Shown: piece by piece, positions 40,406 to 53,649 of the stretch
How the letters are laid out: every line of letters begins with the position of its first letter
Position numbering within the stretch: position 1 is the first letter of the stretch
Source: Octopus vulgaris
Lineage: Eukaryota
NCBI GenBank assembly: GCA_951406725.2
Contig: OX597824.1
Location: 43,400,001 to 43,464,000 of the forward strand
Direction: 5' to 3'
DNA length: 64,000 bases
The notes under the pieces: generated by a model
What the model saw: only the letters and a program-made list of their open reading frames with translations
What the model was told of the DNA's origin: nothing
Databases searched by the model: none
Position numbers and translations under genes: made by a program

Positions 40406-40871
40406 ACCAAACTCAAAGATTCATGACAAGCTATAATACAGAAATAGGAAACTATTACCCAAAACCGCAAAGAGAAAAAAGAACAAGGATATGTAACAGA
40501 ACTTAATCTACACTCATGAATGGTCTGTTGTACTTTTGTTTTATCGCGCTGAAGAATATAATCTAGGCTCACACAATCTGTATTTATTATCACTTACTAA
40601 AAATGATCTCGAAGACTTCTCGGTTGGGATCTCTTTCTTATAATTCAAGACCTAATAAGCTAAGATACTTTTCTTTATTACACATTAATCTAATCAAGGA
40701 CTAATATACTTGATATTTGTTCTCTATATTTTAGTAGCCATAATAATTTGGCACCAACTGGCTTACTATGTTTAATTATTTATGTGCTTGTTTATTTATT
40801 TATTCCATTTACAGTGTCGTTCGTTGCTGTTACCGTTGTTACTCCTGATGTTGCTTCGGTCACTCTTCTAA

Positions 40872-40940
<69 letters not shown>

Positions 40941-43141
40941 CAGTAACAGTAACAGCAGCAGCAGCAAAGGACAACAAAAAGAGGAAGAACGATAACTATT
41001 ACTGCTGCTGCAATCGTTATCTCATAATCTGGATCCTGTCGATTTCTGTTCATTCATTTTGCTCCATGATAAATATAAGGCTACTAGATCTTAACAGCGT
41101 TCTTCCATGTGTAATATGTACACATACACATATGTACACGCACACAAACATACATATGCTTGTGTTAATGCCTGTATGTATGTATGTATGTATGTATGTA
41201 TGCATGTATGTATGTATGTATGTATGTATGTATGCATATGCAAACATATATAAGACAAGATAAGACAAAACTTATCAAAATTTAATTATCAAAATTTAAT
41301 TTGATAATTCAAAATTCAGTATATATTGTTCTAAATACGAAAGTGTACAAAACATCAAAGTAAGAAAATACCGTAAATTAAGAACAAAAAAGTATACTAT
41401 TATTTAGTTAGGTTCCAAGTGCGGAACGGACGAAATGTAGAACGGCATTTAGTCTGTTTTTACGTTCTGAGTTTAAATTCCACCGTGGTCGATTATGGCT
41501 TTCATCGTTTCAGGATCGATAAAATAAGTACCTGTTGAATACTTGGGTCGATGTAATCAACTTATCCCCACCCCCTCTCTCGAAATTACTGGTCTTGTGT
41601 CAATAGCTCAAAAGAGGAATCCGCATCACTGACTTGAATTACTATCAGATTTGCTACCACAATTATAAATGAACAGGTGATCACCCGAACGGACGCACTC
41701 GGGTGTGAATAAAGAAGAGGAAAAGAGAGAAAAATAATTTAGCATCTCTTGGTGGAAAATACTAAGTGGAAATGATCGTAGATGGATAAAAATGAATACA
41801 ATTTCTAAGGACAATGGGTTCTACAAAAGAACAACAAAAGGAACGGAGAGGACAAATCAGAAAGAATCTATGTATAATGTGTGAATTTGTATTGCTTTTA
41901 CTTTCATTGCTGCAATTTGCTTTCACCAACATTATGGAAACAATATAAATAAATGAAATAAAAATTGGAGAAAATTGTCTGTTCTGCAGACAGAAATATT
42001 ATGTGACAGTTTCAGTTTCTTTTTTGTAAACACTGCTTCGTATTTGAATGTGTGGTGGTGGTTAAGAATCGTATAGAGTAAAAAGAAAATTCACACAAAA
42101 TAAATGACTTCTTGAAGGGAAAAACAAAATGTTAAGTAGAATTTATTATTTTATTCATATATATATATATTTTTTTTTTGTGGGAAGCGAGCATACGAAA
42201 AAATTATCGCAAGTTAATTAGATATATTTAAAATAACGTATATATCCAAATAACGTGCAGGTTATCAGACGTTAACTTCCGGTATCTGTCTCTACTTACG
42301 TGTATTTACTTATGTGTGTACGTATGTGTCTCTATGGATGCGCGCGCGCGTGCATGTTTGTAATGTTTATTAGTGTGTTCCAATATATATTACTGTATTT
42401 ATCTGAATAGATGTACTGACTTATGTCGTCGCTGTGTTTCACCCCTTGAAAGGCATCTCAGCCACGAACATCCATTATTTCTAGGTTTCTTGTACTCTGG
42501 ACTACATTATTCAATGAGTCTTTTAAGATAGTAGAGGTGATTTGACAGAGACTAGGTTACTGTGTTTAATTTGTCAAGCATGTAGCGAACAAGCTCGTGA
42601 ATTCTTAATATCTGCTGCTAACTGCAGCAGTAATTGACACAGCACACACACACACATACACACAAACACACATACAAGGACATATATATGTGTGTGTGTG
42701 AGTGTGTGTGTTTGTGTGTGTGTGTGTGTTTCTGTGTTAAAGTAGTGGCGGAATAGATGGGAGAGTTAAATTTGGCTGCTGGTGTTTAATTATATACCAC
42801 GTATAAGACAGTCCAAAAATGTACTTCTTATATCTATGCATATATCTGGTGGACTCTCCTGTCTTAAATGACAGATGAGATTTAAGCAACTTCTACTGAA
42901 CAAATTGCACAAATGACTTGTTTTAGGATTCGAATGTCAATACCCTACAGGTGCACAGTGTGCCACACGTTAGACATTGAAGTGACCACAGAGCACCGAT
43001 AAATGAAGTGTTTTGCTCAAAAATAAAATGCACTGTTCATTCCGGGAATCGAAGCGACGACTTGGCGGTCGTGAATACAATATTCTAACCACTAGGTTAT
43101 ACGTCTCCCCCCCACCCCACCAAATCTATACACACTCACAA

Positions 43142-43227
<86 letters not shown>

Positions 43228-43229
43228 AT

Positions 43230-43620
43230 TTGAATAAATTTCTTTTAAAAAGATTGACAAAACGTCAAGGGATGCCATAGTGCAAGGAATTTCTGTGGAC
43301 ACTGTCAAAAGCATTTTTAAAGTCAATAAAATTTAGTTTGAGCAATCTTTGGTGCTCAACACACTGTTCAGTAAATATTTTTAGGTGTGAAGATTTGCTC
43401 AGTGTAGAATCGATTCTTAAGAAATCTAACATGTCTCCCTTGTAGTACAGCACCTACAAATTCATTCAGCCTATGTAGAAGCATTGTGTAGAAAACTTTA
43501 GCAGGCCCTAAGAGCAGAGGGATGTCCAGTCAATTCTTGCTGTTGGACAATTCTCCCTTTTTGGGCAGTTCCACAATGTTTCTCTTACCAATTCTGTGGC
43601 ACCTTCTGCTCAAGCCAGCA
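43230..43620 (-). pseudogene. RTE-type RT fragment
   Basis: KGELSNSKNW.G and NFIDFKNAFDSVHR. Confidence 0.75.
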
Positions 43621-43623
43621 GCA

Positions 43624-43685
<62 letters not shown>

Positions 43686-43694
43686 ATATATATA

Positions 43695-45135
43695 AAACAA
43701 GGATGTCCAGGAATCAATACATTACAGCCGTTTCAAGCTGCTCCATTTCATCGATCAATGAAAACATTACACCACTTTGAAAGAAGTGGCTCTTCTCAGA
43801 CGTAGATGACGATATAGATTTCCAATATAAAGGATAAACTATTTTTAAAAAATTTATATCAAAACTAGAAACCAAAATAATTACATTGTTTCCTTATCTT
43901 ATATTTATGGCAGAATGAGTTTAGAGAAAATGCATTAAGCCTACTATAATTTAGAGAGTTTCAGAGGTAAATAGTAGGAGGGATCAAGATATAGGAGTGG
44001 TGAGATAGCTATTTATATTTAGAAGGTTTTATGCAGCATGTTGAATAATAACAGTTCTTATGAGGTATACCTTATAGTTAGGGGAAGCGCATGATTTAGT
44101 AACCATTGCTAATGTAAACACTATAACTATAAGTGAAGAAAATCCCAATACCGAAGGGGAATATATGCAATATAAATATTGAAGGATTACAGATTAAAGC
44201 GGTTAAGGATTATTAGATAGCAATATTATATATATTTCTAGATAATAGAGGGTATGCTATGAATAATATGACACCCCGGATAACTCATGCTACCAAATCA
44301 TAGTATGATATACTAATTATTATTTGCTTCTAAAATATTTGAAGGTACGGGTAATCCTATGTACACAAGATACTCTACGGTCTAATTTATTATTAATTAG
44401 GTTTTGCTTATCCCTATATTTAAATATGTTGCAAATCTCCATACAACATCGTTCACATCCATCTCGGCTATTTTTGCGTGGATGAGTTCTGCGGAATCTA
44501 TCCCATTTTAGGCTAAATTCGCTATTACTATTCTTGAGTTCCCAGATCGTCATAGATAATGAGGTACTATTGGTTTTATGCCTAAGTCTAAAATACGTAA
44601 TATGGTTACTGAGGCGTTTTTATCATATATACAGAGCACCTGATGTAAATGAAGACATTAGTTTTCGTCATTATAGTACATTTAAGTACGACCTTTTCGG
44701 GACCCAGTAACAGGCATTGGGATTCTTCCTTACAATTTCAGCTACGGATTTTATTATTATCATTATTTCCCCTATCATTACTATTTATAGTATCGTCGTT
44801 AGAGGTATCGCTCAAATTTGCTGCAGTGCTATCAAGTATTATGTCATTATTACTCGAGTTACAATATGTACTATTACTTCTATTTATATTAGTCCTCTTG
44901 TTTTGGATTCTTACAAATCTACTATTATTAGAATCATTATTAGGGGTCATACCACTAATATAATTATTATTATCAATCTCATGGGCTAAGTTTATATTTT
45001 CCTGTTCAAGCGGGCTATAATCGTACCTATATTTGGGAGGGGGGAATATGAGATTCTGATTCTCCTACGGGAGAAGAGTTTGCTATACTTATGTGAAGCT
45101 GGGAAATTTTTCTCCCAAATCGTCATAAATCTATT
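43695..45135 (-). mobile_element. Naiad-type Penelope-like element 3' part (linker, GIY-YIG, pLTR with HHR)
   Basis: KNFPASHKYSKLF..ISYS.LPNIGTIIARLNRKI; *NCKEESQC (CxCx5C); VVLKC..IYIRC; IWELK..LKW..CERCCME..LIN..CVH. Confidence 0.85.
43718..43804 (-). ncRNA. Hammerhead motif with branched helix II and G8->A substitution
   Basis: Minus strand: TACGT CTGAGAA GAGC[two hairpins]GCTT GAA ACGGCTGT A ATGTA. Lies downstream of the PLE ORF on the same strand. Confidence 0.7.
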
Positions 45136-45249
45136 ATATATATTAGCAATATATATTATATATATTAGCAATATATATAATATATATTATATATATTGCG
45201 CCATCGCTACTAATATATATAATAAATAGTGATAATGGACTGAAGTGAA

Positions 45250-45703
45250 CCGTAACTAATCTGCACATCCTCTGATAACTCACGGATGGTGAATCGACGA
45301 TTTCTCCTCACAGCTGCACGCACATCTGCGATGTTTTTCTCTGTTCAGCTGGTTGCGGGTCTCCCAGAACGTTCGTCAATATCGACATTTTTTGGGCCAT
45401 CTTGGAATCGCCTGAACCACCCATACACTTGTGTGTGGCTCATACACCTCTCCATACACTTTCGGCAACCTTGCGTAGGCCTCTGTGCAGGTATCGCCAT
45501 GGCAACTTTCTCTGTCATGGTCAATGTGACGATCACACTCTACACACGTTCCTTTCAAGCACTGCTGTAAACGGTAGAAGTGAATTAGAACATTAAAGCT
45601 TAGTGCGCATGCACAGCAGTATTCAAGGTCAATTTTTGCCATGCGGCTTCACTTTTTGTGCTTTAGCTTTGTTAGTCCGGATACTTATTGATCAGACCTA
45701 TGT
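45250..45703 (-). mobile_element. Mariner 5' fragment (further family)
   Basis: QVYGWFRRFQDGPKNVDIDERSGRPATS (HTH linker). TIR-like tacataggtctgatcaataagtatccggact. Confidence 0.85.
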
Positions 45704-46344
45704 ATACACACAAATCATACAAAACCGAATTCAACATATACAATATAGCAAAGTAAATAGAATTCATGAAACAAATGATTTAAAGTGTGGGAATTAAATA
45801 TCTTATTCATTTATATAACCTGAAGGTAAACAATATTTTTCATGACAATTCTCTTTTATTTCTCACACGTATAAAGGTTAATGACGTGCGTATATATAAA
45901 CATAGTCCCAACTCTTTCACATACACACACACCCAGCAAATTGTCGTCTGTGTGGTGGCAGAGGGCTAATAAGAGTCCGAACGTGTGTGTGTTCGTACGT
46001 GTGCACCTGCTCGTAGCGTTTGAATCTCTCATTCCCTCTCTCCACCCCTCCCCTCACTCTCTCAGTCACACACATTTTTACTATCTCCTTTCCACAATGT
46101 GACAAATTGTTTACACCTCGGGGATTTACCGTTGGCACACACATACACACACATGCACGCGCGCTCAGGTATACACATACACATATATTGGTTTCGAATT
46201 TTGGCAGAAGGGCAGCCGGTTCGGGAACGGGGTAAGTCGATTACATCGACCCCCAAGTGCTCAACTGGTACTTATTTTATTGACCTCAAACAAGGATGGA
46301 AGGACATGCACGTATATATTAATATCCATGTTAATATATAGTAT

Positions 46345-46552
46345 TTTCAACTTTTGGCACAAGGTTAGCAGTTTCGGAATGGTATCAATTCAATTACACA
46401 TATTTCTAGATTTCGGGTACTTATTTTATCGACCCCAAAAGGATGCATGGTAACATCATTTTCGGCAAAGTTTGAACTTAGAAGATAAAGGCAGACGAAA
46501 TGCCACAAAGCATTTTGCCCAGCTTGCTAACGTTTCTGCCAGCTCGCTGTCT
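46345..46552 (-). mobile_element. SINE (same family as 47879-48095)
   Basis: The reverse complement begins gacagcgagctggcagaaacgttagc. A further fragment lies at 46188-46300. Confidence 0.8.
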
Positions 46553-46567
46553 TACGCTGTACTAGTA

Positions 46568-47869
46568 TATTGGGTTGGCAGTTTTTAAATTTTGGAATTT
46601 ATTGCGCTTTTAAATTTTGGAATCTATTTTTTTTTAGAGAATTCTAGTTTTGAATCATTTTGGAATCTATTTTGTTTTTGCTTTTTTCTAGTTAATTTTA
46701 GTTAATTTTCGTTTATTTTTAGATCATTAAAATGGAATGTCAAATTAAGAAAAAACGAGTATTTTCGACACCTCTCCTTCTTCATGCTTTTAATCAAGGT
46801 TCTAAGGCCGCAAAAGCTGCTCGCGATATATGTGCTGTGTATGGAGAGGGTGCCATAGCTGAAAGAACCGCTCGTGATTGATATGCTAAGTTCCGGTATC
46901 TGTCTCTACTAAGTTCAAAAATGGAAATTTTGACCTCAAAGACGCACCGTCAAGTTGGGTTCGATAAAGAGCAATTAAACCAACTTTTGCGCGAAAATTC
47001 TCGTCAAACTACAAGGAAACTGGCAGAGACGTGGAATGCTCCCACACTCCTATAGAGAAGCATTTTCACTTGATGGGAAAGGTTCAGAAGTATGGAGCAT
47101 GGGTCCCGCATGCTTTAAGTGACAACAACAAAAATAAACAAGCCACAATCTCCGCTGGTTTGCTTGCTCGTCACCGCTCAAATCATGGACACAAGCAACA
47201 ATTTCTTTACCGAATCGTTACTGGCGACGAAAAATTGTGCCTGTACATCAATATGAAGCAGAGTAAGGAATGGCTTCGCCCCGGTAAACAAGCGGCACCG
47301 CACGTGAAACAAGATCTTCATCCGCGTAAAACGATGTTGTGAGTATGGTGGGACTAGGAAAGTATTATCCATTACGAATTGCTTGAACAGAAGCAAGCGG
47401 TCAACGCGAAACTCTATGTTTAACAGATGGAACGACTCAACACGGCTATTCAAAAGAAAAGGTCTAATCGGCAGCACGGAGTTCTTCTGCTGCACGTCAA
47501 TGCCCACCCTCATATCACCAATATGACCAAGGAAGCCATTCAAACGCATGGCTGGGAAGTGCTGCCACACCCGCCGTACTCTCCTGATTTGGCACCAACG
47601 GATTTCCACCTCTTTCGATCGCTTTCAAATGCTATGCGCGGAATTTCATTCAGTACTGATGCAGAATTGAGAGCTTGGTTGGATCAATTTTTCGCGTCGT
47701 AATCGGGTGATTTCTCCCAACAAGATATTGAAAATCTTGTTGAACGTTGGAAAGAAGTTGTAAACAACAAGGGTGAATACATTATTGATTAATTAGTTGT
47801 TATTTTTTATTAAACCTTTTAAAAGTTTAAATTTTTAAAAACGGAGGGAACTTAGTTGCCAACCCAATA
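46568..47869 (+). mobile_element. Mariner transposon, full-length but pseudogenised
   Basis: TIRs tattgggttggca / tgccaacccaata in TA context. Transposase remnant 46732-47792 has WVPHAL, TGDEK and YSPDLAPTD, with several stops and frameshifts. Confidence 0.95.
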
Positions 47870-47878
47870 TATTAACAT

Positions 47879-48095
47879 AAGGCAGCGAGCTGGCAGAATC
47901 GTTAGCTCATCGGACAAAATGATTAGGGCCATTTCGTCCGTCTTTATGTTCTGAGTTCAAATTCCGTCGAGGTCGATTTTTAACTTTCATCCTATCGGGA
48001 TCGATAAAATAAGTACCAGTTGAGCACTGGGGTCGATGTAATTGACTTATCCATTCCCCGAAAAATGCTGGCCTAGTGCCAAAATTTGAAACCAA
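47879..48095 (+). mobile_element. Full-length short SINE
   Basis: B-box-like gagttcaaattcc. Homologous copies or fragments at 6995, 9490, 25930, 32045, 37240, 41420 and 46345. Confidence 0.85.
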
Positions 48096-48845
48096 TATAT
48101 ATTAATACGTCATACATATATACATGAGCACCCCGTCTATTTGTACACAGACGCAAACACACACACACACACACGTACACACACGCTCACACACACATGC
48201 ACACTCACACGATCAGCAGAAATCTAGAAATGTGTATTTTATACTTCGTGTAAGTACAGATATGACACTGAATCAATTTCGAATCGTATTCCATTATCTG
48301 CCATGATTTCTATTCAACCGTAATTGTTACACTATACAAAAACACACGAAATCACTCACTCTAGACCGCATTTGAAATAGCAAAAGCACAAGCCTACTCA
48401 CACATTAGCTCTTGCTTCTCACATCAATATACCCAAAAACAATTGCATTATATTTTCTTTGCATCTTTTTATCGCTCTTGCAACAGTCCTATAGTTGCGT
48501 AAACCTAACCCTGACTTGATGTACCCAATTACACTTCTCTTACATACATTCTGCCATGTACCACGCTAAAAAAATCGTCTATGCTTCTGTCACCGAGAGT
48601 AATAGGTTCTGGAAATTCTCCCCTTATCTATGTGACATTTATTGCTAAAAATGTCATCTTATAGCAGAAGATATTTTAGCAGAACACCGCACTAATCGAG
48701 AACAGCAGGATCTACGCCGAACAAAATGTACCTTCATAAAAAATAGAGATAAATGTTTATACATTCACACACACACACACATACACACACACGCACGCAC
48801 GCACGCACACACACAGATGTATATAACATGTATTTATATAACATG

Positions 48846-48882
<37 letters not shown>

Positions 48883-49601
48883 GTATATATATATCAATGG
48901 TTAGAGGCAGTGCCCCTCCAATTATTTTGCTGTGGCGATGTACAGTAATTTCTGAAATTTGCTTGCGTGCAAGCGTTTTCCTTTCCTTGTAGAATATGAG
49001 TGCACTCATGCGAGGAGCCACCTTCAGTTTTAAAAAAATCAGTTTGACTTTGGAAACTTTATATGCGTACATTATCATTTGTGCGTCAGTTGTAAAATAT
49101 AAATGTCTCACTATTGAACTCAAGATGTTAAACCAAGAATTAATAATAATTTTTTTTAAATTTACAAAGTGTAGTATGTTTTGGTCATATGATCTATATA
49201 TGTGTGTATACATATATGTACGTATGTATAGAAGTATAGATTAGTAAGATTAAATATTTAGATTAAACTTAATGGTTACCTCTTTTTTTGTATTGAAGTA
49301 TGAATATAGACATTTATATACGTATTTATTTATTTGATATATGTGTTTGTGTGTGTATGTATATATGTGTATAGGTTGATCTGCGTGTATATAAATGTAT
49401 ATGTATATACATTTATTTATGTGTGTGTGTGGGTGCGTGTATATATGTGTATGTGTATATATTGAGTATTGTATGTATGTACATGTATGTATGTGTGTGC
49501 ATATGTGTATGTGTGTATATGTGTGTATATATGTGTATATATGTATATGTATGTGTGTATGTATGTATATATATATATATGTATGTTTATATTTATATGT
49601 A

Positions 49602-50445
49602 CTAGCAGAATTGCCCGGCGTTGCTCGGGGCTGAATTACTTGAAAGTACTGTTAATGATTGCACTGAATGATGATGATTATTCAGGCAAATATTGATATA
49701 AGTTTACGCTGGGAGATAAGGACTTAACGATCAAACGTGTGCCATTGCATTGTTTTGAGGGAACCAAATTTCTGATGAGCATTATAGGGGCACCAACTTT
49801 AAGTTTGAGAATGTGTGCTGGTAGTCCGGGGTGCTCAAAGGAATTGAGTACCTCTATTGGATAGTTGATGACGTCCTCTGGGTCAGGAGTTGTATCGATA
49901 GACTGATATACATAGACTTCCCCAGGAATGAGTTTTAGCATTTCATCATTAATATGGTGAACAGTTTTATTCCTTGGGGCCAGTATAGCCTTTTTGCCAA
50001 TCCAATCCATATTCTGATAATTAGCTTGTAGATCTTGGAACACTGCATCTCTGAGATCAGAAGGCGTCTTAACAATGGTACAAATGGAATCGATGGCAAT
50101 ATTACCATTTTCATCCCCTGGTATTTTGCCTTCGCCAAGTGCAATGAGGGTGTGAGGAAATGCTGCTGATGTGATATTACGTCGCATATGAGCACGCATA
50201 TTGGTGTGAAGTTTGAGAGTTACTTCCCTTAATTTTAAAAAATGCATTAAAATGGGAAAAAATGATGGTAAATTATTTGTAAAATCGTAGACTCATCGTA
50301 GACGCGCGCTAATACCCAAAATGGCTCGATATAAATCACGACTATAAGATACTCGGTTTTGGTTAAACTGCATCGCAAAATGTGGGAGTAGTTAGGAATC
50401 TAAATCGGAGTAGACAGACACACAACCTTCTTTTATATATAAAGA
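49602..50445 (-). mobile_element. Internally deleted Helitron (family A) carrying a Pif1 helicase fragment
   Basis: A|TC start and hairpin+CTAG|T end. ORF 49678-50247 has AILAPRN, LKLKVGAPIMLIRNL and CNGTRL. Confidence 0.95.
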
Positions 50446-51100
50446 TTTTCGTCCTAAAAAACTTTGTATGGAGTGAATGGTTACCTCTATGGAAATATAT
50501 ACACACACATTATACATACATGTGTGTATAGATGAATATATAAATACATTTAAATATCTATATACACTTTTGGACGATCTTTCTGCTTCTTAGATATAAC
50601 TTTAGATGTTATTTTCGTCCTAAAAAACTTTGTGCGGAGTGAATGGTTACCTCTATGGAAATATATACACACACATTATACATACATGTGTGTATAGATG
50701 AATATATAAATACATTTAAATATCTATATACACTTTTGGGCGATCTTTCTGTTTCTTAGAGATAACTTTAGATCTTATATTCGTCCTAAATAACTTTGTA
50801 TGGAGTGAATGGTTACCTCTATGGAAATATATACACACACATTATACATACATGTGTGTGTCTATATACACTTTTGGGCGACTGCTACTTAGAGATAACT
50901 TTAGATGTTATTTTCGTCCTAAAAAACTTTGTGCGGAGTGAATGGTTACCTCTATGGAAATATATACACACAGGTTATACATACATGTGTGCATAGATGA
51001 ATATATAAATACATTTAAATATCTATATACACTTTTGGGCGATCTTTCTGCTTCTTAGAGATAACTTTAGATGTTATTTTCGTCCTAAATAACTTTGTAT
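50446..51100. repeat. ~166-bp tandem repeat, about 4 copies
   Basis: ttcgtcctaaa recurs near 50448, 50614, 50781, 50913 and 51079. The third unit has a ~34-bp deletion. Confidence 0.93.
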
Positions 51101-51429
51101 GAATTGAAAAAGAAAATGAATTGAAATTCTAAAAGAAAGGAATTTGTTTACATACATGTGTAAAATGGCAAATGTTTGTGCAGTTGTCCGATGGAACTGA
51201 TGTATTATAATGAATAGTCCTTCTTCTTGTGAATATTAATTTGATTAATATGAACTGAAAACCAGTGGTGTAGCATAGGTGATCTTCTAGCAAAAAGGAT
51301 GACCAGTCTGAATGGGTCATCCCTGTCACACACACACACACACACACACGCACCCTCACACGCACACACACACACACACACACACAGACACACACTCACA
51401 CACACACACACACACACACACACGTTAGC

Positions 51430-52031
51430 TTACAATGTCTGTCAACAATTGACACTGTCGTATATATTAGCGTGTCTATGTGTCTAAAGAGGAAGTGGGA
51501 GTAATAGGCAGAGTAAAGGCTTCAAAGTGAAATGTTAAAATATTGAGTTTTCTCGAATTTTGTCTTAATTTGGGGTGAAATTGAAAGAAATTTTGTATGG
51601 CATGACCCAATGGAAGTTCTTTGAAAAATCATAGGTAAAGTCTAATTGAAGAAATTGTGTGAGGAGTAAATCGTTATGTATTTATTTGTTTCTGTTTGCT
51701 GCTTTTTTTTTGAGTAAGGTAGACTTGCAAAGAGAAAGTCGTAGACATGAGAGTGATAGCGTGAGTGAATCAGATCGCTCTCTTTTTGTGTGTGTGTGTG
51801 TGCGAGTGCTGTAACCCACACTAAGAAATGCATTTGACTTATACACCACAATGTGAGTTTTCTCTAAATTTTGCTTAATTGGGGTTGAAATTTTAAAAAC
51901 TGGACCTGGCACGACCCGATGCATTCTACTCTTAAAAATGCTAGGTAAATTGTAATTGAAGAAATCATATATTGTAGATTTCTATAAGATACAAAGGGAG
52001 GCAGATAAAATCTGCCTTTTATAATAAGAGA
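51430..52031 (-). mobile_element. Putative Helitron family C copy with a diverged internal duplication
   Basis: Matches 23398-23620 inverted. 51540-51660 is an older copy of 51850-51968. Confidence 0.65.
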
Positions 52032-52049
52032 TACGTATGTATAGTTATA

Positions 52050-53640
52050 TCGTAAATTTTGATAAGTATTTAGAGTTTTGGTTATGATCACTAATTTTAG
52101 TTTATAATTATAAGAGCATTGGGAAAGACTTTATAGTAAGTTGAGGGGTTACTATTAAAAAATTTTTTTTATATATTAATCATATAAGATCTTTAAAGTA
52201 TATTTAATAATTAGTGGTTTTTAATCATTTAAATTATTTATTTATTCTGTATTAAGTATTATTTTTCATAGTTATTTTATTAATAAATCTTATAGTATAA
52301 AGTGATTTTATTCTTTATTTGTGACTTCATTCTATTTACACTTATTGATAAACGATTACTGTTCCCATTCACAATCTTCATTGATAAAGCGTATTTGTTC
52401 CTCACGCTTAATGAATTCTTCAACAATTTATTCTTTTTTTGCTAATAACGTAATTCCACGAGTATTCTTATAAACACTGTAAAGACGTTTTCCGATTCAA
52501 AATTTTAGTTCATTACAAAACCTCGCTAAGATAAGTATTTATTTATATTTAAGATCCTTAAATTGTAAATTTTAATATTTTATAAGTCTTTGGTGTAATA
52601 ATATTTTTCTTATGTAAATATCGTTGTTTATGTAATGTTCTAATTATCGTAATTTTCTATATCATTAGATATTAAATTTAAGCTTATTCGTAAGACTTTA
52701 CTTAGCGATATATTTGTTGTTTGATAGTATACAAGTTGCCTAAAGTTGGGTTTGTGTATATACGTGTATTAATAGTATTAATTGTAGTTTTAAATTTCTT
52801 ATAATTAAAATTAGATAAACTTAGATAAACTTAGATATGTTTCGACCAAAGATTGGTCCAGGCCATGTCCAACTTAATAGCATAACTTAGTTTTTGTCTT
52901 TTTAAATTGATATTCGCTAGTTTATTCCCATCCATAAATATATTTATAGTATTTATAGTATTTATTCGATACTATATAACTACGAATTGATTATTTCTAT
53001 AAGTATTTTAAATAAGATTTCCGAAAGTTCGTTTAAGTTTGTTTGTTTGAATTTTTGAAATTAGCTATTTCATCTTTAAATATGAAAAATTAATTTATTA
53101 GGTCTTTATTATATGTGCATATATATTTATTTTTAGAGATTATTTTAGATCTTAATTATAATATTTATTTATATACATTTATATATTTTCATTGATAATT
53201 TATATATAATAGTTATTTTTTTATTTTTTTAAATATTTATGTAATTAGTTTATAGACTATTACCGATATTAGATTATTGGTGGGTTTCTTACCTTAAAAA
53301 TTAAGATTAATATTTAACATTATTATCGATTTTGATATAATCATAATTGTTAAGTTTTAAGTTTCTAGTTTGATATTAGAGTTTATTATTAGTAAAATTA
53401 TTATATTATTTATATCTTAAAAATATTGTTTAATATTTCTGATTATTTTTAAAATATTTCAATTAACCTGAAGATTGACTGTAACCATAACTCGAATTAT
53501 TAATTGAATTTAAATTATTGTTATTCGAATTGGTACAGCCATGAAACGATCGTAGTGTTTTACTCTTTATCTTTTACTAAACTTTTAATACTTTTGATAT
53601 TTAAAAAAAATAATAAATAAATAAAATAATATATAAATAT
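52050..53640 (+). mobile_element. Extremely AT-rich, decayed Penelope-like element with HHR-bearing pLTR
   Basis: IKRICS at 52384-52401 (PLE RT thumb motif); hammerhead at 53466-53556. Confidence 0.55.
53466..53556 (+). ncRNA. Type I hammerhead motif with long helix II
   Basis: ac CTGAAGA t TGACTGTAACCA..TCGAAT../..ATTCGA..TGGTACAGCCA t GAA ACGATCGT A gt. Palindromic helix III, GUA site. Confidence 0.8.
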
Positions 53641-53649
53641 AAAAATATA

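Noticed and set aside
49678-50247. Host PIF1 gene
   Set aside because: Intronless fragment enclosed by Helitron termini.
52050-53640. Mitochondrial insertion (NUMT), suggested by AT richness
   Set aside because: No mitochondrial gene or tRNA recognised; the PLE motif and hammerhead fit better.
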